This document shows, in pieces, positions 38,751-51,900 of a stretch of 64,000 bases of DNA. Both the position numbers and the translations under genes were made by a program. The notes under the pieces are model-generated. The model was not told where the DNA came from. It ran no database searches and saw nothing but the letters and a program-made list of their open reading frames with translations. Positions within the stretch are counted from its first letter, which is position 1. The number at the start of each line of letters is the position of its first letter. Source of the DNA: Callorhinchus milii (Eukaryota); contig NW_024704743.1 of assembly GCF_018977255.1 (NCBI RefSeq), positions 17,176,001 through 17,240,000 of the forward strand, read 5' to 3'.

Positions 38751-40546
38751 TAAAACATATCTCTTTGACCGGGTCTATGGTCATCCCTCGCTTCCTCCCC
38801 CCACTCTTTTGCTTAGGTTCGAGCTTGCCGCTGTGACAGAGCCTCGTGGACGCGCTGTTCCGTTTCCCTCACTGCTGCTGTTTTGGGGAAGCGTCCACCA
38901 CTCTCACTGCCTAAACTCACACCACAGCCCTGTCCTCATTCCTTCGCCCACGCACACTGCCTGGCAGCCAGTCTAGCCCCATGTCTGCTCGCCAGCCCGG
39001 CTGATTGCAGGTTCTGGGGCCACTGGGAGCAGCCGGGAGGTATGACAGTCCGGGGAGCAGCATCCCTGTACTTCAAGCTAGAGTGTGCTATACCCCTACC
39101 TTCCCAGCACTCCTAGTCTCCGTGCATCTGCCCTTCTGCTGATAAAGATCCCATGCCACTATTCAAAAAGAGAAGAGCATTTCTCTTGGTGTCCTGGCCA
39201 ACAATACCCCTATATTAAAAAAATGACCATTCACTTCATTGCTGTCTTTGTGCAATTGGCTGAGGGTAATCAACGACTGGAAGAGGTTGCCAGAAAAAGT
39301 AAAAAGGTAAAAAGAAAAGATAGTAAAAAAAAGTAGCGAGGACCCAAGACTAATTTGAAAAGCAGCTTGATGCAGTGACAGTAGGATGGGTGTTCTGGAG
39401 GAATGAGTTGGATGGGCCGGAGGGCCTTCTTCCAGACAAATCTTGTATCGAGTCAACCTCCGTGGCAGTTATGGTAGTCTGAGACTGAGGCGAGTGCTCT
39501 GTCTACTGAACTACAGGACGCCTTGCTCCTTCCTACTTCTGTCTGAGTATTCACAGAGACCCCCCCCCACCCCCATCAATAGGATGTCGGTTTGGATTTA
39601 TCACATTGTGGATAAAAATGGTTGTGAGACTTTATGACTGAAGACCTCTCTGCAGTCTCTGCAAATGTGATCGCCAACCCCCCCACTCCATTCCCCCCAA
39701 TACTCAATGAAGGTGCCACAGTGAGTCCAAAGCCAGCTGAGGCAACCGTTGCTGATTTTATCATGTGGAGCCCAGCAACTGGAGGCTTGGTTTGTAGAAT
39801 GCTGGCTTAACTCTTCAGTTTTTTCTTCTTGCTCATTCCACAAGCAAACAGAAGCAACCCATTTTACCCCATTAATTGCATATCACAAAATGTTATCTTC
39901 CAACAGTTAACATTACAACAACATCAACAAATTACATTTGTATTGTGCCTTCATGTTGGGAGAATGTCCCAAGACACTGAACAGTCAGGGATTTGGATCC
40001 AATCAGGGCGTTGGGATCAGGAGGGCTTGAAGGCAGGAAGGGTCTTGAAGGAGGCAAGGGAGGGAGCAAGGTGAAGGTACTGCGATGGAGTTCCAAAGGG
40101 TGGGGGCAGAGATGCTGAAGGCCTGAAGCCAATGATGGGGATGTGGAGCTAGCTGGAGCCTGCTGAGCAGAGGGAACGAACAGGTTGATATGGCGTTATC
40201 AGTTCACAGAGGTAGGAAGGAGCAAGGCGTCCTGAAGAGAAAACAATAATGAATTGATTGCTTCAATCCACAAATATTTGTGGGACACTGTTGTGCACAA
40301 TTGGCTGCCATGTTTCGCCCACAAATAAACAGTTAATTCACTTTACAGTACATTCTGTGAAGTGCTTTGAGACATCTAGAGGATGTGATAAAGTGTTATA
40401 TATCAAATGCAAATATTATAATTATTATTATTTATAAGGCCTTGGAGAACTTTGAATAGGAGGAAATATCTGTCAATCTCCAGCTACAACATCATATCGC
40501 TGTTTCAGGAGTGGTTATTATATTGTTTTTTGGTCATTTTAGTCAT

Positions 40547-40900
40547 GGAGTAGTTAGAGCACTCACCTCGCAAGCTTGCAGACCTGGGTTTGATTCCCGG
40601 CAGGGCGAAACATTAGCCAAGTTTCCTTACTCCACACGCCTCTGTTTACCTAGCAGTAAGTAGGAAACCGGTTAGTCAATTGGCAAGATCGCTTTTCTAT
40701 GGATAATAATCTCTTAAAATTTTTTTAAAAAGTTTGTCAGTCAATCCACGACTGTTTGTGGGACACTGCTGTGTGCAATTGGCTGCTGCGTTTTGCCCAC
40801 AAAATATAGTCAATTTCCTTTACAGTATATTCTGTGAAGCGCTTTGAAACATCTCAAAGACTTGACACTATAGCAAATACAAGTTTCATTATCATCATTA
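40547..40900 (+). mobile_element. tRNA-derived SINE
   Basis: gttagagcactc...gggtttgattcccggc...family core and tail. Confidence 0.8.
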
Positions 40901-40939
40901 TTTCAACCATCAATTAACTTACATCATTTACATCATTAC

Positions 40940-41526
40940 ATATGCGCTTTCATTACATCGAGGCTTGACAATGCAAACTCATTGCTTGTTGGCCTCCCCA
41001 ACTCCTCCCTCCACAGGCTGCAGATCATCCAGAACTCTGCAGCCTGTGTCCTCTCCCGCACCACGCTCCGCGGACTCTTATCACCCTCATCCTTGCCCAA
41101 CTCCACTGGCTTCTCATCACACAGAGGATACAGTTCAAGATCCTGGTCCTCACCTTCAAAGCCCTCCACAGTCTTGCTCCCCCCTACCTCTCCGACCTCC
41201 TAAACCCCTACCACCCTGTTCGCTCCCTCCGCTCAGTCGTCTCCGGTCTGCTTCACGTCCCTCGCCTTGCTCACTCCACTATTGGCGGACGGGCCTTCTG
41301 CCACTCTGCCCCACCATCTGGAACTCCATCCCGCAGTCCCTCCGTCTCGCCCCCTCCCTCGTCACATTCAAGATCCACCTCAAGACCCTCCTCTTCGACC
41401 GTGCTTTCAATCTCCCTACTTCCCCCCCCCTGTCCTCCACCCTCTCCCATCCCAACCTCCAGTTCTGGTCCGTAACTCCGTCCAGCGACACGAAAGGTGC
41501 TCTATAAAATAATTCTGTTGTTATTG
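40940..41526 (+). mobile_element. L2 3' end inserted immediately upstream of copy B exon 3
   Basis: GLPNSSLHRLQIIQNSAA motif; tail ends ~20 nt before the acceptor AG at 41545-41546. Confidence 0.88.
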
Positions 41527-41546
41527 TTTTCTCTTTTCTACCACAG

Positions 41547-41697
41547 AAACTGGTTCCCCTCAATACAAACAAAATCCTAAAAAAGCAATTGATTCACTGG
41601 CTAACTGCCTGAATGCCTCAATAAAAATAATTCCAAAAGAGGAACAAAGCCAGACGGAAATTTTTTTCCCAGCTACAACTGAAATGCGACTATTGTA
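41547..41697 (+). CDS. ENTPD3-like: Copy B exon 3 (altered ACR2)
   Basis: 151 nt; ETGSPQYKQNPKKAIDSLANCLNASIKIIPKEEQSQTEIFFPATTEMRLL; donor gtaaga. Confidence 0.9.
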
Positions 41698-42169
41698 GTA
41701 AGATGAGACTTTTTGTTCTTGAGAATTACACATTAGAGTAATATATAGCATAGTACGATCACAGAAACATGCATTTATATAGTGCCTTTCATGTAAAATA
41801 AAACATTCCAAGGTGCTATACAAATACAATTGAATGGAAAGGAAGTGGATGTCCCGTTAACAATGAATTCAAGAGCAAAGCAATTAAGAAAAGCAATAAT
41901 GCTAGGTTTGACAAATCATTGGTTAGGCCATAGCTGGAGTATACTATGTCCAGTTTTGGGCCTCACTTCAGGAAAGATGTTAAGGCCTTGGAGGTGGTGC
42001 AGAAGAGGTTTACGAGAATGATTCCAGGGATGAAGGGCTACCATTACGAGGAGGGATTGGAGAGGATGGAGAAAAGAAGGTTTAGGGGGGACCTGATACA
42101 GGTGTACAACAACAACAAAATTACATTTGTATAGCGCCTTTCACGTCGGGAGGACGTCCCAGTTTTGTA

Positions 42170-42595
42170 AGGGTAAATAGTGAGAGGACCCAGACCCGAT
42201 TCCTGGGCGGGGCAAACTCTTAGGCAAGTTTCCTTACTTCGCCCGCCTCTGTTTACCTAGAAGTAAGTAGGAACCTGGTCATTATTGATTGGCATATAGC
42301 TTTTCGGGGGTAATAATCCCTCCCCAAAAATTGGTCATGCAATTCACGATTGTTTGTGGGACACTGCTGTGTGCAGTTGGCTGCTATGTTTTGCCCACAG
42401 AATACATAGTCACTTCACTTTACAGGATATTCTGTGATTCGCTTTGAGAGGTCTCAACGACAATTACAAAAAAAACTAAAAAAACAAATTGATGCCTTGT
42501 TTGATAATCCCAAAAGTGGAACAAAACAAGGTGGAAATTTATTTGCAGCTACAACTGTAAAGCACTATATCAAATGCAAGGATTATTATTATTAA
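42170..42595 (+). mobile_element. tRNA-derived SINE interrupted by an ENTPD exon fragment
   Basis: Family core; the tail resumes at 42558 taaagcactatatcaaatgcaagg(att)n. Confidence 0.75.
42461..42557 (+). pseudogene. Decayed fragment of an ENTPD exon 3 (ACR2 exon) embedded in a SINE
   Basis: ataatcccaaaagtggaacaaaacaaggtggaaatttatttgcagctacaactg aligns to 41626-41681 with indels. Confidence 0.7.
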
Positions 42596-42715
42596 GTTTT
42601 TCCATTGATACGGGAGTCAGTAACTAGGGGACATAGTTATAAATTAGCCAGAAGAATAGCAAAAAAAAATTTAGGACGAATGTTTTTCACCTAGATAGTT
42701 GTTGAGATGCGCAAT

Positions 42716-43900
42716 GGAACATAGGAACAGGAGTAGGCCATTCAGCCCTTTTGAGCCCTTTCCGCCTTTTAATTAGATTTTGGCTGATTTGTATCTCAAC
42801 TAACCATTTGAATTCCAATTTCCTGCTTTCTCCCCATGTCCCTTAATATCCTGACCTACCAAAAATCTATCAACCTTACTGTTGAAGGTGTGGATGCATC
42901 CAGGATCCATGACCTTTTGGGGGAGAGAATTCCAGATTTCTACCACTCTTTGAGTGAAAAAATGCTTCCTGATTTCACTCTTAAATGGCCTGGTTCTAAT
43001 TTTAAGACTATGCCTCCTTGTTTTGGATTCCCCACCAGAGGAAATAGGCTCTCTGTATCTACCCTATCGAATCCCTTTGTCATCTTAAATACCTCAATCA
43101 AAACACCCCTCAACCTTCTAAACTCATGGGAATACAATCCACATTTATGCAGCCTTTTCTCGTATCTTAACCCTTTTAGGCCTGGAAACACTTTGATGAA
43201 CCTGCACTGCACCCCCTCCAGGGCCAATACATCTTTTCTGAGGTGTGGTGCCCAAATCTGAATGCAATACTCCAGATGGGGTCTGACTAATGCTCTATCA
43301 GTTGAAGTATCATTTCTTCCCCTTTATATTCCAGGCCCCTTGAGATAGAGGCCAACATTCCATTTGCCTTTTTGATTACTTTTTGCACCTGGGAACTAGT
43401 TTTTAGTGATTTGTGGATATGGACACCCAAATCCTTTTGCTCCTCCACTGTTCTTAATTTCTCCCCATTAAGAAAATATTCTGCTTTATCTTTTTTCGGG
43501 CCATAGTGGATGACCTCACACTTCCCTACATTGAATTACATCTGCTGCAGCTTTGGCCGCTCACTTAATCTGTCTAAGTCCCTGTGTAACTTCCTACTCC
43601 TATCTGCACAATTTACTGAGCCTCCGAGCTTCGTGTTGTCTGCAAACTTTGATATAAAACTTTCTGTTCCTTCATCCAAGTCACTTATATAAACGGCGAA
43701 TAGCTGAAATCCCAGAACAGACCTCTTGGAGACACCACTTGTCACATCCTGCCAAACAGAGAAAGTTCCCTTTATCCCTACTCTCTGTTTTCTGCCTCCC
43801 AACCAATTACCAAGCCAAGTTCCAAGGTTAGATCCGACTCCATGCGCTTCCATTTTCGCTGATAATCTTTTGTGTAGAACCTTATCAAATGCCCTAATGC
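42716..43900 (-). mobile_element. CR1 LINE RT to 3' end
   Basis: WLGGRKQRV, SKFADNTKLGG and LEGVQCRF motifs; ggaacataggaacagg tail. Confidence 0.9.
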
Positions 43901-44555
43901 CAAAACCTTAATGTTGCTGGCTTCATTGTTCCTGCAGAGTAGGATGGTAGAGATGGAGACCATTATTAGCTTTCAAGAGGGAAGCAGACAGGCAGACAGA
44001 AAGTGAGGGGCTCAAAGAGGTATGGGGATAAGGTGGGATGGTGGGATTGAATTGGTCTCCTTGCTCTATGGGGTGGTGCAGACTCGATGGCTGAAGGACC
44101 TCTTTCTGCAATCTAGATTTCTCTGTTTCTATGTTCTATGAGATAAGTAGTCAATTCATTAGAATTTGGGGGGAATTTGAATTTATTAATAATACAGAAT
44201 AAAACATAAAGAACTCTCATCTAAAATGAATTTTCCACTCCCATGTCAGACAATTTACCCATTTACTTGAACTATTTTCTCCATTAAGAACTGTCATCTT
44301 TCTCCAAACAATATTCCAGTGATTCTGTTCATGAGAAGATTCACTTTCTCATGCTCTGTGAAGCTTGCTGGCTTCATTGTTCCTTCCGTCTATAAATGTT
44401 AATTTACTTTACCACTGCCACTGCCAGCATCACCCACAAGCTGAAATGAGTAAAAAAAAAGTCAGGTTAATTGAGTGTCCTTAGATAATCTCTGAAACCG
44501 AAGATAAAGACGTGATCTCTGATTGTTTTCTCTCATCTCTTCCCGGAATTGTCAG

Positions 44556-44715
44556 TTTGCAGGACAAGGTCGTGGCAGAGAGAATATTTTCGGCAATTAG
44601 AGTTTTATTCCAAAGATTACCATTCGGTTATGGACATATTACATTTGTTTCTCCAAGAGAAGAAGCAATTTACGGCTGGATCGCGGCAAACTATTTAAGA
44701 GGCAATTTGGTGGTG
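44556..44715 (+). CDS. ENTPD3-like: Copy B exon 4 (ACR3)
   Basis: 160 nt; LQDKVVAERIFSAIRVLFQRLPFGYGHITFVSPREEAIYGWIAANYLRGNLVV; donor gtaagg. Confidence 0.93.
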
Positions 44716-45039
44716 GTAAGGATGTGTGGTAAAGTTATATTTCTTGAAGATTTATGGGTGAATTACATGACCACTTTTGCTATATGTGCTACAATATTTA
44801 CTACAAATTCAAAATATAAACACAAAACAAAGCCCTGTTCTCCAAACACACCCATGCCAAAGACGACAGTATAATTTTTTGATTAGCCAGATGTCTGACA
44901 CTTGCGGGAACTCATCACCATGCTTAAGAGTATCCAGTCTCTTTGGTTCCTTTTGACCTGTTTTGATTTTGTGGGAATGAATTTTGAATGTAGCCTTGCC
45001 AACAAATCCTTAAATAGTGTATATATATTTAATAACTGT

Positions 45040-45520
45040 AGAGAAAGGAATTGTGCCAGAGGACTTGAGAATGGCCAATGTAATACCTATTTTTACAAAA
45101 GGGTGATAGAGCTACTCCAGGAAACTGCAGGCCAATGACCTTAACGTTGGTTTGGGGTAAGGTATTGGAATCTATAACAAAATATGAAATAACTAGTCAT
45201 CTAGAGAAGGAGAATATATAAGAGCATGGATTTATGAAAGGAAGGTAATGTCTGTTCAACCTTATTTAATCATTTGAAGATGGAACTGGTAAAGTAGACA
45301 AGGGAAATGCAGTAGATGTAGTCTAATTGGATTTCCAGAAGCCCTTTGATAAAGTGCCGCATGAGAGGCTCGTACTAAAATAGGGGCATTTGGAATTGTG
45401 GGAATGGCAGTAAAATGGATTAAAGAAAAAACATAAAGGATTAAAGATTAAAAGCAAAGGATAGGAGTTCAGGGCATCTTCTCAGGCTAGCGAGAGGTGG
45501 TGGTGGAAGCTTAGGGATCC
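45040..45520 (+). mobile_element. CR1 RT fragment
   Basis: gcatggatttatgaaagg; gatttccagaagccctttgataaagtgccgcatgagaggct. Confidence 0.8.
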
Positions 45521-45680
45521 AGAAACATCAGAAATGGGCCAATTAACCTTTTGAAGAATCAAATACCTTTGGAATTAAGATGAAAAATGTTCCATTGAAT
45601 TGAAAAGAAAACACTTATATTTTCGTATTTATGTGATGAGATGTGATTAAGTTTGTTCTTTTTTGCCAAATCCTTTGCAG

Positions 45681-45908
45681 TTGGATGGTTTGCAACAATA
45701 CAAACGCTCTCCATTATCCAGGACCACAGGTGCTCTAGCCTTAGTTGGAGGTGCTGCACACATCACCTTTATTGCCAAGAAGGTTTCAAAATATATTCCT
45801 ACATACAAAGTTACACTGTTTGGGTATAAATATAAGGTCTTCACTGAAACCTTTGATTGCTTTGGATGGAAGGAAGCTGAGTTGAGACTACTGGTCCATA
45901 TTTATCAG
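45681..45908 (+). CDS. ENTPD3-like: Copy B exon 5 (altered ACR4)
   Basis: 228 nt; LDGLQQYKRSPLSRTTGALALVGGAAHITF...LFGYKYKVFTETFDCFGWKEAELRLLVHIYQ. Confidence 0.92.
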
Positions 45909-47059
45909 GTGATTTAGAAATATCAATGTAAATTCTGTAAAAGTCAGTTATTCTGAGCTTGATACATTTTGTACAGGAGTTTTCCGATATATGTGAATTG
46001 ATGTGCACATTAAGGAGACACGTACTTGTTCCCAATATGTACATTTAACAAGGGATTACCATACACTGGCTGTCAGAATTTTTTGGTGGAGGCAAGGTTT
46101 TGAGAAATCCATCACCATGCTTAAGAGTTGCACACGTTTGCCACTTACAGCCAGAAATTCCGATATCTGGAAAGGAATGCACACTCTCCCTAGAGTGATG
46201 CACCCTGCTCACATAATTCTGGAGAATAGAAGCGCAGTTTAGCAAGAGCTAAGACTTGGGTATTCCACAGTGTGCTGGAGTTTAACCAGCTAAAACAGCA
46301 TAGTTTGACATTGAGAACACTGTCTGACAAGCTTCCTGCTGCTTGTCCAGTTAGGACCACCCTACCAGATAGGACTTTGGCTTCCAGGATTAAAAACAAC
46401 AAACAACAACTTGCATTTACATAACGCCCTTCACAAAGTGTCTCGGAGCACTGTATGGTGGGATTAGATGCTGAACAGGGAAGGGGGAGATAACCACAGG
46501 TGCAGATGAAGAGGTAGGTATTCAGGTAGGATTTAAAGATAGATTAAAAAAAGGGGCGAGGTGAAGGGATTGAGGCAGGAAGTTCCAGAAATTAAGGGCT
46601 GAGTGAAGGTACAGCTTCCGATGGGGGCAACACACAGTCCATGACAGTCCACAGTCCCTTTGGAATCAGAGGTGATAGAGGGCTTGAGGTGGCAGGGAAA
46701 TGAAGTAAGTGATTTGTAGAGGAAAAAATGAGCTTGAGATTGGCCTTGGCCTCCAAGATGACTGAACATGAGTATTTGCTGTGTCTAGTTGGGCCGCGGA
46801 TTTCACCTAAAAACAGTCACTCCATTTTAGAATAAATCCTGTGAAGCGCTTTGAGACATCCTCCCAACATGAAAGCCTATACCAAATGCAAGGAGGTTTT
46901 CGCTTTGGAGAGAGAGTGATGGTACAGCTGACCAGTGGGAAGAATCCTTGCACCCAGTGTCTGGTTTGCCCCTCCATATTCTGCCAATGAGCCAGGCAGG
47001 CTAGTATGTCATTAGCAGTGCCCTAGAGTACCACAGACCCACCTAGACGAACAGTATAC

Positions 47060-48780
47060 AATTTACATTTATGTAATACCTTTAACATTGGAAGAAAGTA
47101 CATCTCAAAGAGCTGACTGTTGGCTGGACATCCAAACTATGGATGGGGAGCTAAGGAGGGAAGGGAGGGTAAAAATGACCAAATGTGCAGACAAAAAGGT
47201 ACGTTTTGAGATGGGGCTAGAACAAAGGAAGGGACGGAAACAATGAGATTTCAGGATGGAGTTCCTGATAGCGGGGGCAGAATGACTGAAAGTCCACCTG
47301 CAAATGGTGGGGCGGATATGGTGGGGGACATAAAGCAGGCCAATGCTCACTGAGTAAAGAGAGAGGAAGTGTTGGTATGGTTGAAAGGAATTCACAGAAT
47401 TAGGGTGAAATAATCGGAATTTGAGAATGAGGATCTTCAATTCAATCCACTGGGGTTAGGGAGTCAGTGGAGCCAAGTGAGGTTGGGGACGGGGGATAGG
47501 ATATTGATTTTAGAATTCTGTAGTGTGTCAGCTTGGCTCAGGAGTCGCTGTCTGTGCTCTGAATCAGAAGATTGAAAGTTCAAGCCCCACATGGAGACTT
47601 GAACTCACTCCAATATAGTGCTGGGTGGAGAGGTTGGGTTTGCATTATCAGAGGTGCCAAATAAAATTGGCCATTTGTTTCATGGCTGTTTGTGGGTCCT
47701 TGCTGTGCCAATTGTGCTGTCGCATGTGCCTACAATCATACACTCACTCCATTTCACAGTAAAATCCTATGAAGCGCTTTAAGGCATCCTTCATGACTTG
47801 ATAATGCACTACATCAAATGCAAGAAGGCTGAAGCCTGTGTAACCAGCTGGGAAGTTTGGTGAGAGGACCATTAATGTAGTCAAGCCTGATGTGATAAAG
47901 GTATGGATGCGGATCTCGGTGGCCCAAAAGGAGAGGCTGAACAGGCCAGAATACAGATATGGGATTTCAAAGACTGTTGTGAGTCAAACAAGACACCGAG
48001 GGTCCGAGTGGAGGTCAGATCGATTCATGTTGATGCTGTTAGCCTCTGAGGTGAAAAGGTGCTGCCGGGAACCAAGCAGACTCTGTCTTGCCAAATTCAA
48101 CTGGAGAAAGTTAGCTCTCATTCCAAGACTTTATCTCCCACATGTAATTGGTCAGAGCAGTGGTCCTGGAGTTGAGAGTAGAGACAGAGAGATTGAGTTG
48201 GAAGTGAACCTCATGTATTTGGATGATATCACTGAGTGGAAACATATAGATGGTGAAGAGGAGAGCACCGAAGATAGAGCCTGAGAAACTGAAGGTAGAA
48301 CAGAGTAATGAGGCAGTGGAAAAGGTTCAAGTGGTTGACAATGTCAAAAGCATCAGAGAGATCAAGGAGAATAATGAGACAGAGAAAGCCTTTGTCACAA
48401 ATGGAGAGAATATTGTTTGTAAGTTGCACTAGGGCAGTCTCTGTGCTGTGGATTGAGCAGAAGCTGATTGGAGAGGCTGCTGTGGGGAGTGCCAGGAAAT
48501 GACTCATCCAGCACCTTGGAGAGAAAAGGCAGTTTAAATATTTGTCATTAACCGTGGAAGGGTTTCTTCAAGGGAGGGTTTCTTAAGAAGGGGATGGCAA
48601 TGCCTGTAATTTTGAAAGAGGTGTGACTGTACTAGTGGAGAGAGCTTCACGATGCACATGGGGGAGGGTGGGGAGAGCAAGAAGAAGTTGGATGATCAGG
48701 ATAGGGTTGGGGTCAAGAGTGTAGGTAGTAGGTTTTATGCAGGAGATGACGGAAGAGCGAGATGCTAGAGACAGGATCAA
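47060..48780 (-). mobile_element. Old L2 fragments with an intervening Deu-type SINE (~47520-47825)
   Basis: HSTETALV and LLDLSDAFD motifs on the minus strand. Confidence 0.7.
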
Positions 48781-48829
48781 GAACTGGAATAGTGGACACC
48801 ACGGGGTTGTCTCATTTCCAGAATTCCAT

Positions 48830-49936
48830 TGTAAGAAAATAAAATCAGCCAAATCTGTAAGGAAATAACGCTAATTCCTTTAACCAGATATCAGACTGTT
48901 TTATTATTATTCGTTCGTTATTCCCCAATATCCCGATGGGTCAAACCAAAGGCCGGTACAATCAACAGATCTTATAACAGAATAACACTACTATAGATAT
49001 ATCGAGTTCAAGAGTTCAAAACTGTCTTTTCAGCACACAAGCTTGATTCTTCATGCTTTCAGTCTTCTTGCTTACAGCTTTCAATCTTCCATCTGATATC
49101 CTGTCTTAGTGTTTCTAGCTCTCAGTTTTCCATCTCTGTACCCTTGTCTCTGCAGCCCGGGATGGCCCCATCTCCCGTATCCTTGTCTCCGCGACCCGGG
49201 ATGGCCCCATCTCCCGTATCCTTGTCTCCGCGACCCGGGATGGCCCCGTCTCCCGTATCCTTGTCTCCGCGACCTGGGACGGCCCCATCTCCCGTATCCT
49301 TGTCTCCACGACCCGGGACGGCCCCGTACACAAAGTTATCGGAACTCTTATACCAATGTTCATCCAATCGTGGTGCGGACATTAGATCACCTGTCGAAAT
49401 CATGCTGGGTTCACGTGAGCACCTCATGGGGTGTACGTGCCTCAGCACACGACACATTGTCCTTAAGACCCCTGTTATCTGATCTAATTGTCGAAGATAG
49501 AGGATTGATCAGTTTAGGACTGTATCTGGTGCTCATTATTTTGTGGTGTGGGATCATTAGTACATTCCTTTTAAGTGACTGGTTATTCCTTATCAGTATC
49601 CCGGGATGGTACTAAGGTCCTCTAGTTTAAGCAACTTGCTCATTAATTGCTATTCTTGAGGGTTGCCTTCTGTTGCTTGGCCCTGTCAGAATCTAGTGAC
49701 TTATTGCTCAGTCGAGATCCTGGGTCGACTGGTACCTCTGTGGCTTGTTGTCATTTACTGATAAGAGGTGACCCCCTGCCCCTGTCCGTCCATTATTCTT
49801 TCAAAAACAGAGAAAACCAGATGTGTCCTATCCCATGACTGTCAGTCCAGTTGTCCCCCACATTTAACTTAAAAGTTAACCCATTCACAACATCTATTAT
49901 GATTCTAGCAGTATACAAAAAGTGTGTATTCTAACA
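48830..49936 (-). mobile_element. LTR-like element related to 3822-4665, containing a 39-bp tandem repeat
   Basis: Shares a ~370-nt block and the same terminus (...ctaaca); left boundary uncertain. Confidence 0.55.
49130..49326. repeat. 39-bp tandem repeat, ~5 copies (ccccatctcccgtatccttgtctccgcgacccgggatgg)
   Basis: Directly visible; head-to-tail with no spacers. Confidence 0.95.
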
Positions 49937-50328
49937 GTATGTCACCTTGAACTCACTTGAATTCCGTGGGGACTTTGCTTACCTCCCCTCCAAGGAATCT
50001 AGTCATTGGATGGTAATTTGACATTTCAACAAGCATAAGTTTGAGCCCTCATGAGGTAGATAGCAGCCTGGATTACTGGAGGCTTATATTTGGAACTATT
50101 CATAATAAGTAGCAAACAATCCATGAGAATTCTAAATATTAATGTCTAAAGACCATTTTCGAATTGTAGCACATTTGAATTATTTTCAAATATATATACT
50201 ACAGTATACGAATAATATACGGTTCACATATGATTCATATGCTCTACTTGTATTCAGATGCTAATTCTGTATTAATGTCGAAACTTTTATTGCTTATACA
50301 CTCCAGCTAATCTTTTTTTTAAATTTAG

Positions 50329-50601
50329 GCTTCAGAAGGCAAAACAATTCTTGAATGTCCTTGTTGGCCCTCGGGTTACAATCACACAATTTCTGTGAAT
50401 AATTTATTTGGAAGTTTATGCACTGTATCGAAAAAGACAGCAGATTACAAGCCTGATGTTATGGTAACTTTCATTGGAAAAGGAAATCCTGCGAAGTGCC
50501 AACAATTAGCGTACTTATTGTTTGATTTTGAAGCTTGCTCTGGTAAACGTTATTGCACATTCAATGGATACTATGTTCCAGAAATCTATGGAAAATTTAC
50601 G
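50329..50601 (+). CDS. ENTPD3-like: Copy B exon 6
   Basis: 273 nt; ASEGKTILECPCWPSGYNHT...SLCT...GKGNPAKCQ...FDFEACSGKRYCTFNGYYVPEIYGKFT. Confidence 0.93.
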
Positions 50602-50701
50602 GTAAATTGCAATTGCAAATATTTGAAAATCTGAATTTATCTGCATGTTAGGTTATGAAATTTACAGTAGAATTATATATATTTCCATCCAAATAATCTA
50701 G

Positions 50702-50812
50702 GCATTTGGCGGATTCCATTACATGAGAAAAGCCTTGCAGTTGCCGCTTTCATTTCCAGTGACTAAATACAATCAGGCAGTTTGGTCTTTTTGTACAAAA
50801 AAGTGGGCTGAG
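50702..50812 (+). CDS. ENTPD3-like: Copy B exon 7
   Basis: 111 nt; AFGGFHYMRKALQLPLSFPVTKYNQAVWSFCTKKWAE; donor gtaagt. Confidence 0.93.
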
Positions 50813-51544
50813 GTAAGTAACAAATTGCTCTTTTTATCCTAAAATGTTGTTAAGATGTGGAAAGTATTCCAAGATTGAATCTTATGGATTTGGTCAGTGA
50901 CATAAAGAATGTGTTTGTGTTCCTATTGTAAAGCAATGCAACTGTAACTAAGATTTTTTTTAAAAGCAAAAGTTTCCATCAAACACCCAGATGAAATATT
51001 ATACATCTCTGAATATTTTTGCTAAAACTGTGGGGTCAAAATTCAGTTGCACCGCATAACAAACATGATATAAGATTAATAACATAATTGGGGAATAGAA
51101 AAAAACAATGTACATAATTGTACATATGAATTATCTGTGAGTTATTTGGATGATTTATTTGGGAATACAGCTCTGTAGTTAGGCAGGAAATAGGCTTGTG
51201 TTGGGCCATTACTTTAAAAATAGGAAATTGGGTCATTTTGACAGATAACTTTGACGCAATATCGATACAACTCATTGGAACAGCATAGAATGTTTTAAGA
51301 AAAAGTTATTAATATGACTCATTGGAACAATGTCGACTGCAGCTTATGTTGGTGGTGGTGACCACAGAATGTAGTTAAAATATATTTGTAGAATACATAA
51401 TAACAGGAAAAACCCAAGATAAGAGTGTAATCCTCACGTAAACATAATTCAAAACCTAATTGTGTGCCTGTCATCGGTGCGCTATGGTATAGCTTTCCTT
51501 TTACTAACTTCTCGGGTGCTCACAAGCTGAATCCTTTACTACAG

Positions 51545-51900
51545 CAACAACAAAAACAACAAATTGCATTTGTATAGCGCCTTTCATTTTGGCAGGACGT
51601 CCCAATGTGCTGTACCATCAGGGATTTGGACCCAAGCTGGGGTTTGGGATCAGGAGGGGTGGAGGGCAGGGAGGGTAGGGGAGGAAGATTAAGTGTAGAC
51701 GCGGTCGAAGAGCAGTGTCTTGTGATTGAAGGAGGCAATACAGAGAGCAAGGCGAAGTGACTCTGGGATGTAGTATCAAAGAGTGGGGGCAGAAAGAATG
51801 AAGACCCGACCGTTGATGGTGAAGAGGGCCGGGCGGGGAACTGAGCAGAGAGAATGGGAAGGTCTGTATGGAGCTAGCAGGTCACAGAGTTAGGGAGGAG
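51545..51900 (-). mobile_element. L2 3' end
   Basis: (caa)n tail and tgtatagcgcctttca. Confidence 0.8.

Noticed and set aside
49130..49326. 39-bp repeat as a CRISPR array or a 13-aa repeat protein
   Set aside because: No spacers; it lies in an LTR-like element and all frames are open only because the unit is a multiple of 3.
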